Part shown: one piece after another, positions 37,498-46,734 of the stretch
Layout: the number at the start of each line of letters is the position of its first letter
Numbering within the stretch: position 1 is the stretch's first letter
DNA from: Pseudomonadota bacterium
Lineage (GTDB): Bacteria; Pseudomonadota; Alphaproteobacteria; Rickettsiales; RGZB01
Reading direction: 5' to 3'
DNA: 63,254 bases
NCBI GenBank assembly: GCA_010031735.1
Contig: RGZB01000005.1
Coordinates: 1-63,254 of the forward strand
Notes under the pieces: model-generated
Database searches by the model: none
What the model saw: only the letters and a program-made list of their open reading frames with translations
What the model was told of the DNA's origin: nothing
Translations under genes and position numbers: made by a program

Positions 37498-38199
37498 ATG
37501 AAGAACATCGTCATCCTCACCGGATCGGGCATTTCCGCAGAATCGGGTATTTCCACTTTCCGGGGCGGCGATGGCTTATGGGATGGCCACCGTATCGAGG
37601 ATGTAGCGACGCCGGAGGCGTTTGAGCGTGATCCGGATCTCGTACAGTCTTTTTATAATACTCGCCGTGCGCAACTTGCGACCGTAAAGCCGAACCCGGC
37701 GCATGCGGCATTGGTGGCCCTTGAGAACGCATGGCAGGGCGAGTTTCTGCTCGTCACACAAAATGTGGATGATTTACATGAGCGCGCGGGCAGTAAAAAA
37801 CTGATCCATATGCACGGTGAGCTCAAGAAAGCACGCTGCCTGGAGACGGGGCAGGTGTATGACTGGCAGGGTGCCCTCACGCAAGATACGGTGTGTGCCT
37901 GCTGCCAGCGCGAGGGGATGTTACGTCCCCATATCGTCTGGTTCGGGGAGATGCCGCTTGCGATGGAGCACATCTACCACGCGCTTCGGAAAGCCGATAT
38001 CTTCCTTTCGATCGGCACGTCGGGGCTCGTGTACCCTGCGGCAGGATTCGTACAGGAAGTGCGGAGGAATAATCGCAATTGCCGCACGGTCGAGATCAAT
38101 CTGGAGCCGACCGCGGGGCGTAGTTATTTCGCAGAATCGGTTTACGGCAAGGCAGGCGAGGTCCTGCCGGGTTTCGTACAGCAATTATTGAACGATTAG
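37498..38199 (+). CDS. cobB: NAD-dependent deacylase (sirtuin)
   Basis: TGSGISAESGISTFR, TQNVDDLHERAG, HMHG, RPHIVWFGE, IGTSGLVYPAA. Confidence 0.95.
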   Translation: MKNIVILTGSGISAESGISTFRGGDGLWDGHRIEDVATPEAFERDPDLVQSFYNTRRAQLATVKPNPAHAALVALENAWQGEFLLVTQNVDDLHERAGSKKLIHMHGELKKARCLETGQVYDWQGALTQDTVCACCQREGMLRPHIVWFGEMPLAMEHIYHALRKADIFLSIGTSGLVYPAAGFVQEVRRNNRNCRTVEINLEPTAGRSYFAESVYGKAGEVLPGFVQQLLND

Positions 38200-39416
38200 T
38201 GCGTGTCTTTTTCCGAAGCCGTTTTTGCTGCCGGTTTCTGTTTAGCTTTCGCTGTGGCTTTTGCCTTTTTGGTGGGTGCTTTTCTGGCAGATTCTGAAGC
38301 AGTGTTTTTTGCTGCCGCTTTCACAGGGGTTGTTTTGGTTTCTGCTTTGGCAGCCGCCGCCGGTGCATCTTTCGATGCTGCTTTCTTCTGTTCGCGTTTG
38401 ATATCCCGCCAGCTCTTCACGTTCTCGTTATGTTCTTTGAGCGATGGCGCGAAGGCATGTCCACCGGTGCCGTCGGCCACGAAATAAAGGTCATTGGTGG
38501 AATCCGGGTTCAATACCGCTGCGATCGAAGCCTTGCCCGGATTGCAGATGGGGCCCGGGGGAAGTTTACTTACCACATAGGTGTTATAGGGCGATTTCAC
38601 TTCGAGGTCTTTTTTAAGAAGTGGGCGGGAGAGTGGGCCGCGACCTTGTGTGAGTGCATAGATCACGGTCGGGTCCGATTGCAGCTTCATATCCTTGCCC
38701 AGGCGGTTGATGAAAACCGAGGCCACGTGTTTGCGCTCCGATTCGAGTGACGTTTCTTTCTCTACGATCGAAGCCAGGATGATCGCTTGTTTCTGGTTGT
38801 CGATCGGGGTCACCATATTGCGGCCTGCCCAGATCTGGCTCAGTAAGAACTCCTGTGCTTTCTGCATGCGTTTTACCAAGGTCGCACGGCTCTCGCCATA
38901 GGCAAACAGGTAGGTTTCTGGTAGTAAGGTGCCTTCCTTGATCGCAGGCACTTCGCCTTCCAGTCCTTCGGTCGCCATCAGCAGCTCCGCGATCTGGAAC
39001 GATGTAAGGCCTTCTGCCACGGTGAGTTTGCGATAGTAGATGTCGCCACTGATGAGTTTCTTGAACACCTCACGCAGCGACATGCCCGGTTTGAATTCAT
39101 ATTCCCCGGCGCGGAGCGGATCGCGTAAGAAAAAGAGCACATGCGTTGTCTGGAAGAGACGTTCTGAGGAGATCACCCCGGCGGCTTTGAGCGCCTCCGC
39201 AGTGCCATGCACACCCGCACCCTTCTTGATGATGACCTGTTTTTGTTCTGATAGGGGTCCCGGCATATAGCCATAGGCAAAAATGCCGAAGATCAGCAGG
39301 AATACGAAGAGGGCGACACTCGCCATTACCACATTGATCGGTTTGTGATCGAACAAATGCTGTAAGAGATGGCGGATACGCTTACGACGGGGGTGATGGT
39401 TTTCCCCGCCCGACAT
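38196..39416 (-). CDS. mltG: endolytic transglycosylase
   Basis: EGTLLPETY, LASIVEKET, LQSDPT, SPYNTY, PPGPICNPG, LYFVADG. Confidence 0.95.
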   Translation of the reverse strand: MSGGENHHPRRKRIRHLLQHLFDHKPINVVMASVALFVFLLIFGIFAYGYMPGPLSEQKQVIIKKGAGVHGTAEALKAAGVISSERLFQTTHVLFFLRDPLRAGEYEFKPGMSLREVFKKLISGDIYYRKLTVAEGLTSFQIAELLMATEGLEGEVPAIKEGTLLPETYLFAYGESRATLVKRMQKAQEFLLSQIWAGRNMVTPIDNQKQAIILASIVEKETSLESERKHVASVFINRLGKDMKLQSDPTVIYALTQGRGPLSRPLLKKDLEVKSPYNTYVVSKLPPGPICNPGKASIAAVLNPDSTNDLYFVADGTGGHAFAPSLKEHNENVKSWRDIKREQKKAASKDAPAAAAKAETKTTPVKAAAKNTASESARKAPTKKAKATAKAKQKPAAKTASEKDTH

Positions 39417-40679
39417 TTACGCCGCTTTCTTGAAGATGATGGACGCGTTGGTGCCGCCGAACCCGAAGGAGTTCGAAAGTGCGGCGCGGATCACGCGCGG
39501 TTTCGCTTTATGGGGCACGAGATCGACACCCTCTGTACCTTCATCCGGATTATCCAGATTCAAGGTCGGCGGTGCCACTTGATCACGCATGGCCAGGATC
39601 GAGAAGATCGCTTCCACCGCACCGGCGGCACCGAGCAGGTGTCCGATCGAGGATTTCGTCGAGGACATGGAGATGTTCTTCACATGTTCACCGAACAGGC
39701 GTTTTACGGCTTTCAACTCGATCAGGTCGCCCATCGGCGTCGAAGTGCCGTGCGCGTTGATATAATCGATATCGCTCGGTTTCATGTTCGCATGTTTGAA
39801 TGCCGCCTGCATCGCGCGGAAACCACCATCGCCTTCCGGTTCCGGAGAGGTGATGTGATAGGCGTCACCCGAAAGGCCATAACCGGCGAGTTCGGCATAA
39901 ATCTTGGCCCCGCGTTTCTTCGCGTGTTCGTATTCTTCAAGCACTACGACGCCGGCACCTTCACCCATCACGAAACCATCGCGGCCTTTATCCCACGGGC
40001 GGGAGGCTTTAGAAGGCGTTTCGTTATAAGCCGTGGAAAGGGCGCGTGCGGCAGCGAAGCCTGCAACACCGGTTAAGCAAAGGGCGCATTCCGCACCACC
40101 TGCGATCATGACATCGGCATCACCGATCGAGATCAGGCGGCCGGCATCGCCGATCGCGTGGGCGCCAGTGGCACATGCGGTGACGACAGCGTGGTTCGGG
40201 CCTTTATAGCCGTGTTTGATGGAGACCTGGCCGGAAGCCAGGTTGATGAGGCTCGACGGGATGAAGAACGGGCTGACGCGGCGCGTGCCCTTTTCTTTGA
40301 TGTGGAGTACGCATTCTTCGATTGCAGGAAGACCGCCGATGCCGGAACCGATCATGACACCGGTGCGGTTTTTGTCTTCTTCCGATTCAGCTTTCCAACC
40401 GGAATCGATGATCGCCTGATCCGCTGCGCCCATCGCGAAGTGTATGAAGATATCCATTTTCTTCTGGTCTTTCGGCGTCACCCACTGATCCGGGTTGAAT
40501 TCGCCTTCGCCTTCACCATAAGGCACTGCACCTGCGACCTTCGCAGGCAGTTCGGAGACGTCAAAACGGGTGATGGTTTTTAAGCCCGATTCGCCGGCAA
40601 TCAGCTTTTTCCACGTGGCTTCCACGCCACAAGCAAGAGGCGTTACAAGGCCAAGACCCGTTACAACAACACGTCGCAT
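39417..40679 (-). CDS. fabF: 3-oxoacyl-ACP synthase II
   Basis: MRRVVVTGLG, TACATG, INAHGTST, GHLLGAAG, SNSFGFGG. Confidence 0.97.
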   Translation of the reverse strand: MRRVVVTGLGLVTPLACGVEATWKKLIAGESGLKTITRFDVSELPAKVAGAVPYGEGEGEFNPDQWVTPKDQKKMDIFIHFAMGAADQAIIDSGWKAESEEDKNRTGVMIGSGIGGLPAIEECVLHIKEKGTRRVSPFFIPSSLINLASGQVSIKHGYKGPNHAVVTACATGAHAIGDAGRLISIGDADVMIAGGAECALCLTGVAGFAAARALSTAYNETPSKASRPWDKGRDGFVMGEGAGVVVLEEYEHAKKRGAKIYAELAGYGLSGDAYHITSPEPEGDGGFRAMQAAFKHANMKPSDIDYINAHGTSTPMGDLIELKAVKRLFGEHVKNISMSSTKSSIGHLLGAAGAVEAIFSILAMRDQVAPPTLNLDNPDEGTEGVDLVPHKAKPRVIRAALSNSFGFGGTNASIIFKKAA

Positions 40680-40701
40680 AATAATCCTTTGAAATATAAG
40701 A

Positions 40702-40720
40702 GCCGGCATGTACTGCCGGC
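40702..40720 (-). terminator. hairpin between acpP and fabF
   Basis: GCCGGCA-tgtac-TGCCGGC. Confidence 0.5.
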
Positions 40721-40747
40721 CCTATCGTATCTTATCAGAAAAACGGA

Positions 40748-40981
40748 CTAGACGTTTTCTTCGATGAATTTGATCGCGTCTTCAACGGTTGCGATCTTTT
40801 CAGCGGCGTCATCCGGAATCTCGATACCGAACTCTTCTTCGAACGCCATGACGAGCTCTACTTGATCGAGGCTGTCAGCACCCAGATCGTCGGTAAAGCT
40901 GGAATTGGTCGAAATCTTTTCCTCATCTACATCGAGGTGTTCCGCCACAATTTTTTTAACGCGTGCTTCGATATCACTCAT
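40748..40981 (-). CDS. acpP: acyl carrier protein
   Basis: [18 protein letters not shown]. Confidence 0.97.
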   Translation of the reverse strand: MSDIEARVKKIVAEHLDVDEEKISTNSSFTDDLGADSLDQVELVMAFEEEFGIEIPDDAAEKIATVEDAIKFIEENV

Positions 40982-41122
40982 ACTAAAGAGTCCTCTGTAT
41001 AGGTTTGTTAAACCCGTAACTTACGGTTCCTTGGGCGTATGTCCAGTAAAAAATGCATTATAAGCATATTTTTGTTGTAACTCATGGGATTACTACAAAA
41101 GAAAATCCCATGCTGGTGCCTG

Positions 41123-41148
41123 TTTTCCTGCTGTTTAAAGCAGGAAAA
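41123..41148 (-). terminator. hairpin downstream of APC permease
   Basis: TTTTCCTGCT-gtttaa-AGCAGGAAAA. Confidence 0.45.
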
Positions 41149-41180
41149 GCGCGGAGAGTCCAAGACCAGCCGCTGCGGGA

Positions 41181-43148
41181 TTAGAATTTCATCGGAATGA
41201 TAATGAGCGTTCTACCGCGGTTATGCAGGCGGCGCTGCATGATATACGCGGTTTCGTTGTGCAGGATCTGCGTCATGAAGTTGTCGTTATCCGAAATCAG
41301 CTTGGTCGAGAAGAAGATCACATCGCGATATTCGCGGCTGATCGTATCGGTGAGTTCGGACATTTTATCCACCACGTCGGTACCATACGAATGGTAGAAG
41401 CCGCTGGCGATCCCCTGGCTCTGGCAGAAGTTCACGTATTGTTTGAGGGTGCGCTTATTGTCGTGGCGCAGACGCGTGAGTTTGTCGAGGTCGCCCAATT
41501 CTTCCGTATCGATTTCCCCCACGCTGACGAAAAGGAAGTTGCTGAAAATATCGGTGAAGTTCTTCTGCACCCAGAGATACATCGACATACCCGTCGCATC
41601 CATCTCGCCGATCATGAACACCGCGGTCGGTTTGGAAGGATCAAGACAAGGGGCTTTCTCGGCTTTCTTGCCGGAATCCTGCAACATTACCTGTACTTCA
41701 CGTTCGCGGCGGCGGATGCTTTTGAAGACTTTGAGATAGTGTGCCCGGGTCGCTTGGCCGGCAAAGATGACGAGGCCGGTGACAAGCACAGTCACCCATG
41801 CGCCGCTCATGAATTTCTCCAGGATGGTCACCACGAGGACCGTGGCACACACGATCAAGGCGAGTAGCGGGACCGTCAGCGACGTGACGAGTTTGAAGCG
41901 TTTGCTGGTCTGCCAATGGTGGCGGCAAAGGCCTGCAAGGGAAAGGGTGAAGGTGAGGAACACGTTGATAGAGTAGAGTACGACGAGGACGTGCACTTTC
42001 CCGCGCGTGATGAAAAGTGCCACGATCGCGGCAACGCCCATCAGGATGATACCGTTCTTCGTGACGAGGCGGCTCGAGAGCGCAGTGAACAAGTGCGGCA
42101 TCCAGCGGTCGGCCGCCATATTGGCAAGCACTGCCGGGCCAGCGATGAAGCCGGTGTTGGCCGCAACGAAGAGTAAACCCGCCGTGAAGAGCATGGCGGT
42201 GGCGACGACATAACGCGAGATATTCATCCCGCCCAAGGTCCAATCCGCCGTGATTTTCGCAAATGCGGTGGCGTTCATCGTTTCGCCCGGAATGCCGATC
42301 ACATCCCAGAGCAGATAGATAAGGATGATGCCGGTCGCCATGAAGGCAAGTGAGCCGGCGATACAGATCATCGTGCTCTTACCGGTCTTCACGCGCGGTT
42401 CGGCCATGTTCTGCATACTGTTCGAAACGGCTTCAAGACCGGTGTAGGTACCACCCCCGAGCGAGAAGGCTTTGAAGAAGAGCGCGAGTAGCGGGAACCA
42501 ACCGAGTTCTTTAGCGGTGAATTTCGTTTCATATATGGCATCCGGGATGACGCTGCCGAGTTCACTCGCATGCGCGAGGATACCGGCCACGATGATCACG
42601 ACATGGATGATGATAAAGCCCAGGAAGATCGGCATCAGAATCTTGATCGACTCTTTGATGCCGCGGAGATTGAGATAGGTCAGGAGTATCACCAGCAGGT
42701 ATTTCGCCGGCAGGTTATAGAGCTGGAATTCGGAGGGCAGTGCGGAGAGGAGTGAGTCCACCGCACTCGCAATCGAGATCGCGATGGTGAGGACGTAATC
42801 AATGATGAGTGCCGAGCCTGCCACCAGACCGGCGTGCGGCCCGAGGAGTTTCGAGGCAACTTTATACCCACCGCCACCTTGCGGGAAGAGTTCGATCACT
42901 TGCAGGTACGCGGCTGAGATGAGGAAGACCGTGATACCGGTCGCAAAGGCGAGGAACACCGCCAGCTGCGTATGCGTGCCGAGTGCGGCGAACGCCTGCT
43001 CCGGACCGTATGCTGCAGAAGAAATACCGTCCGCCCCCAGGCCGATCCACGCAAAGAACGTGATCAGTGCCAGATGGCTGCGGGTATTTTTTGCGAAGGG
43101 GTCGAGAGGATTGCCCAGCAGGAAGCGTTTGATAGCCTGGAGTCTCAT
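41181..43148 (-). CDS. APC-superfamily permease, KimA/YdaO-like (putative K+ transporter)
   Basis: DGISSAAYGPEQ, GGGGY, DYVLT, TGLEAVSN, C-terminal cytoplasmic domain. Confidence 0.8.
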   Translation of the reverse strand: MRLQAIKRFLLGNPLDPFAKNTRSHLALITFFAWIGLGADGISSAAYGPEQAFAALGTHTQLAVFLAFATGITVFLISAAYLQVIELFPQGGGGYKVASKLLGPHAGLVAGSALIIDYVLTIAISIASAVDSLLSALPSEFQLYNLPAKYLLVILLTYLNLRGIKESIKILMPIFLGFIIIHVVIIVAGILAHASELGSVIPDAIYETKFTAKELGWFPLLALFFKAFSLGGGTYTGLEAVSNSMQNMAEPRVKTGKSTMICIAGSLAFMATGIILIYLLWDVIGIPGETMNATAFAKITADWTLGGMNISRYVVATAMLFTAGLLFVAANTGFIAGPAVLANMAADRWMPHLFTALSSRLVTKNGIILMGVAAIVALFITRGKVHVLVVLYSINVFLTFTLSLAGLCRHHWQTSKRFKLVTSLTVPLLALIVCATVLVVTILEKFMSGAWVTVLVTGLVIFAGQATRAHYLKVFKSIRRREREVQVMLQDSGKKAEKAPCLDPSKPTAVFMIGEMDATGMSMYLWVQKNFTDIFSNFLFVSVGEIDTEELGDLDKLTRLRHDNKRTLKQYVNFCQSQGIASGFYHSYGTDVVDKMSELTDTISREYRDVIFFSTKLISDNDNFMTQILHNETAYIMQRRLHNRGRTLIIIPMKF

Positions 43149-43276
43149 CCAGAAATCCTATGCAGTTACAGGTCTTAAAGCGATACCTGCGGGGGCGGAG
43201 ACTAACCGTATGACCCTAAGAAATAAAGTAGATTATTTGTGATTATTATTAGTATTATAAATCAATAGGTTAAATA

Positions 43277-44014
43277 CTAAATCATGATCATTCCGCCATT
43301 GACGTGGATCGTTTGGCCGGTGATATAGCGGGATTCTTCGGAAGCCAAGAAAAGCGCGGTGTTCGCGATATCTTGCGATTCGCCCATCATCCCCATCGGG
43401 ATTTTGGCGTTCATGCCTTCTTTTTGCGCGTCGGTCAGAACATCCGTCATCGCGGTGCGGATGAAACCCGGCGCGATACAGTTCACGGTGATGCCGCGGC
43501 TTGCGACTTCGGCTGCGATCGACTTGCTCATGCCGATCAGGCCGGCTTTCGATGCCGCGTAGTTCGCCTGTCCCGGGTTACCCATGACACCGACGATCGA
43601 GGTGATGGTGACGATACGGCCGTAACGGCGCTTCATCATACCGCGTAAGCTCGAGCGGATGAGTGTGAAGGAAGAGGCGAGGTTGATATCGATCACGTGC
43701 ATGAAATCCTCATCGCTCATGCGCATGGACAGACCGTCTTTGGTGATGCCGGCATTGCAGATGATGATATCAAGGCCGCCCATTTTCTCTTCTGCATCGG
43801 CAGCGAGTTTCGCGACCGCCACTTTATCGGCGAGGTTGCAGGGCAGGGCGAACGTACGCTCACCGAGTTGCGAAGAGAGTTCCTGCAGCTTCTCCTGACG
43901 CGTCCCGGAGAGGGAAACCGTCGCACCGGCTTGATGCAGCGTTGCGGCGATGGCACCGCCGATGCCGCCTGTTGCACCTGTTACCAGTGCTTTTTTACCG
44001 TTCAGAGAAAACAT
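43277..44014 (-). CDS. fabG: 3-oxoacyl-ACP reductase
   Basis: TGATGGIG, NAGITKD, NYAASKAG, APGFI, GQTIHVNGGM. Confidence 0.96.
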   Translation of the reverse strand: MFSLNGKKALVTGATGGIGGAIAATLHQAGATVSLSGTRQEKLQELSSQLGERTFALPCNLADKVAVAKLAADAEEKMGGLDIIICNAGITKDGLSMRMSDEDFMHVIDINLASSFTLIRSSLRGMMKRRYGRIVTITSIVGVMGNPGQANYAASKAGLIGMSKSIAAEVASRGITVNCIAPGFIRTAMTDVLTDAQKEGMNAKIPMGMMGESQDIANTALFLASEESRYITGQTIHVNGGMIMI

Positions 44015-44029
44015 ATACACCTCTCGTTA

Positions 44030-44467
44030 TTATCGTTGGATCAAAGGTTGTTCGCGTATCGTCCGGAGTGCAGCGGCTGCACCTTTGCTACGCAGGTAGT
44101 CTATCACCCGCACCTCAAGCTCATCACAATCGTGGGTGCCAGTGGCGGCGAAGACAGGTTTCAGTACTTCCCGGTCAAGAGGGGTTTCGTTCCTGCCATC
44201 GTATGCCTTGTAAGCAGTCTCAATGGCATTTGCAAGCTCGCGTGTCATGGGTGGCGACGGTATTTCATTCGCCATGGCCTCAAGGGTTCCCAGATTATTG
44301 GTATACTCGAGCAAGGCCACGCGCATCACAATTTGATTGAGTGCGTTACGTGCCGTATGGCGATAGAAGAAATTCTCTGGATCCTCAAAACCCCAATCAT
44401 GCATTTGCTGATCAATGGCACTTTGTGCCGCTGCACCTACGCCCCGCGGATCGAGGATGGTCGGCAT
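44030..44467 (-). CDS. orphan hypothetical protein, 145 aa
   Basis: Fills the fabD-fabG gap in the same orientation; helical-looking; no recognised motif. Confidence 0.6.
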   Translation of the reverse strand: MPTILDPRGVGAAAQSAIDQQMHDWGFEDPENFFYRHTARNALNQIVMRVALLEYTNNLGTLEAMANEIPSPPMTRELANAIETAYKAYDGRNETPLDREVLKPVFAATGTHDCDELEVRVIDYLRSKGAAAALRTIREQPLIQR

Positions 44468-44476
44468 TGAGATTGC

Positions 44477-45451
44477 CTACAGTGTTTCGAGAAAGGCTTC
44501 GATGTCTTCCGGACTTCCGACCGAGATCGCGTCCATGCCGGACTCCGTACGCTTGGTCAGGCCTGAGAGGACTTTGCCAGCGCCGAGTTCAACAGTGGTG
44601 TTGACGCCTTTACCGGCGAGCGTGTGGATCGATTCCCGCCAGCGCACCATGCCGCAGACCTGTTCGATCAGCAGTTTCTTGATCTCTTCCGGATCGGAGG
44701 TTTCCTGTGCGGTGACATTCGCGATGAGGGGCACGACCGGGGCATTGAGGGTGGTCTGGCTGAGCGCCTCACGCATTTTATCCGCTGCCGGTTTCATGAG
44801 AGCGGAGTGGAATGGTGCGGAGACCGCAAGCGGGAGCAGGCGTTTTGCACCATGCGCCGAAGCGATGGGGGCGGCGCGTTCGATCGCTGCGGCAGAGCCG
44901 CTGATGACCACTTGGCCCGGAGAGTTGTCGTTCGCAACCTGGCAGATGTCACCCGCCGCTGCTTCCGATGCGATTTTCTTCGCCGTGTCAAGATCGACCC
45001 CTAAGAGCACGCCCATCGAGCCTTTACCTTGCGGCACGGCATCCTGCATCGCGCGCCCGCGGATGCGGAGCAGTTTGGCAGCATCGGCAAGCGAAAGTGA
45101 ACCCGCTGCCGTGAGTGCCGAATATTCGCCGAGCGAGTGGCCCGCGACATAGGAAGCGATGGCGGCCAGATTCAGTTTACCTTGACGCTCGAGCACGCGC
45201 CATACGGCAACCGAGGTCGCCATGATCGCCGCTTGTGCATTTTCAGTGAGCGTAAGCGTTTCGATCGGCCCCTCGAACATCAGCTTCGAGAGCTTCTGTT
45301 GCAGGACATCATCGACTTCCTGGAACACATCGCGTGCTTCCGGGAATGTGTCGTAGAGTTCTTTGCCCATACCGACAGTTTGGGAACCTTGACCAGGGAA
45401 AACCAATGCGCGTTTCACAAGCGTTACCTTTTCTTTAGCTGCTTCCATCAT
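44477..45451 (-). CDS. fabD: malonyl-CoA-ACP transacylase
   Basis: FPGQGSQ, GHSLGEYSAL, VSAPFHS, ELGAGKVL. Confidence 0.97.
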   Translation of the reverse strand: MMEAAKEKVTLVKRALVFPGQGSQTVGMGKELYDTFPEARDVFQEVDDVLQQKLSKLMFEGPIETLTLTENAQAAIMATSVAVWRVLERQGKLNLAAIASYVAGHSLGEYSALTAAGSLSLADAAKLLRIRGRAMQDAVPQGKGSMGVLLGVDLDTAKKIASEAAAGDICQVANDNSPGQVVISGSAAAIERAAPIASAHGAKRLLPLAVSAPFHSALMKPAADKMREALSQTTLNAPVVPLIANVTAQETSDPEEIKKLLIEQVCGMVRWRESIHTLAGKGVNTTVELGAGKVLSGLTKRTESGMDAISVGSPEDIEAFLETL

Positions 45452-45849
45452 CGTGCACCCATGTCTTTGACAGGCACTTCGATACTGACCTCACCTGCTT
45501 TCTCAAACGTGAGTACAAGCGGTACCATCGCACCGGCCGTGAGTGGTTTTTTAAGGCCGGAAACCGCGATATGATTGGTTTGCGGTGTCAGTACCGTGCG
45601 TTTGCCGGCCGCGAGCTCGATATTGCCTGCATTCTTCACGAACACCTCCGTGTGATCCGCGATCGGGCTTTTTGCCGACACCAGACGGTCCTTATGCTTC
45701 GCACTATTCTTGAGCGTCATGGAGATGATGGTCGAATTCTCGCCGGTCGCGGCCGTCGGATAGGCGTAAGCCGCTTCCACTTGCACATCGCCTGCGAAAG
45801 CCGGAAGGGCAAAAAGGACGGCACCTAAAAAGCCAAGGGTCTTTTTCAT
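45448..45849 (-). CDS. copper chaperone PCu(A)C-like protein, degenerate metal motif
   Basis: Signal peptide; DRLVSAKSP, LKKPL..G..VPLVLTFEKAG; adjacent to SCO gene. Confidence 0.8.
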   Translation of the reverse strand: MKKTLGFLGAVLFALPAFAGDVQVEAAYAYPTAATGENSTIISMTLKNSAKHKDRLVSAKSPIADHTEVFVKNAGNIELAAGKRTVLTPQTNHIAVSGLKKPLTAGAMVPLVLTFEKAGEVSIEVPVKDMGAR

Positions 45850-45880
45850 AAACTTAAAGCTCCATTGAAGTGATGGTTTA

Positions 45881-46720
45881 CTATTGGGTGATGAAAGGAC
45901 GGATCTTCACGGCCATTTGGTCTGCCGGCTCGTTATGTTCGAGGTGCGCCAGATACTTGCCGTCTTTATCCATCAGGTAAAGGAAGGTGGAGTGATCCAT
46001 CATGTAACCGTTCATGCCCGGTACTTCCACTTTCTTCGCGTAGACTTTGTATTCTTTCGTCACGTTGTCGATCTGCTCCTGCGTACCGGTGAGTGCGACG
46101 ATGCGCGGATCGAAATTCTGCAGGTAGGTTTTGAGTGCCGCAGGCTGATCGCGCGAAGGATCGACCGTGATGAAGATCGGTACGATCTTGTCTGCATCGG
46201 CGCCGAGTACTTTCAGGGTGCCGGTGATGTTGGTCAGCGCGGTCGGGCAGATCGATGGGCAGTTCGTGAAGCCAAAGAATACGAGCAGGTACTTACCCGC
46301 GTAGGTTTTGTCGCTCACGACGGTGCCGTTCTGGTCGGTCAGTGTGAACGGGCCACCGATGGTCGGGGCTCCGTCGATCGCGACGCCTTCGGCTTGTTTT
46401 TGTCCGGTCGCCGGAGCGGCAGGTGCAGCAGCAGTCGTAGCGGAAGCGGGCGCCGTCGCAGCAGCTACAGGAGCAGCAGCCGCTTCGGAAGCCGGTACGG
46501 CCACCGGTACTGCAGCAGGAACGCTTCCTGCGGCAGAAGCGGCATCACCCACTACCACCGGTGCCGTTCCTGGCGTGGAAGGTTTGGCAGAAGGGGCGGT
46601 AGAAGGCTCGATGCCGCCTTGGGCAACAGGATCCTGAACGATGGCATGGGGTTTCGTGAAATAAAGATAGCCCGCACCTGCGGCTGCGACGATCACCAGT
46701 AACCATAATAATTTACGCAT
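45881..46720 (-). CDS. SCO1/SenC family protein
   Basis: IGGPFTLTDQ, FGFTNCPSICP, TVDP.RD, DHS; Ala/Pro-rich linker after TM. Confidence 0.93.
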   Translation of the reverse strand: MRKLLWLLVIVAAAGAGYLYFTKPHAIVQDPVAQGGIEPSTAPSAKPSTPGTAPVVVGDAASAAGSVPAAVPVAVPASEAAAAPVAAATAPASATTAAAPAAPATGQKQAEGVAIDGAPTIGGPFTLTDQNGTVVSDKTYAGKYLLVFFGFTNCPSICPTALTNITGTLKVLGADADKIVPIFITVDPSRDQPAALKTYLQNFDPRIVALTGTQEQIDNVTKEYKVYAKKVEVPGMNGYMMDHSTFLYLMDKDGKYLAHLEHNEPADQMAVKIRPFITQ

Positions 46721-46734
46721 CGTACACTCCTTGT

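Noticed and set aside
43149-43276. c-di-AMP (ydaO) riboswitch upstream of the KimA-like gene
   Set aside because: Region is short and AT-rich with no recognisable conserved elements
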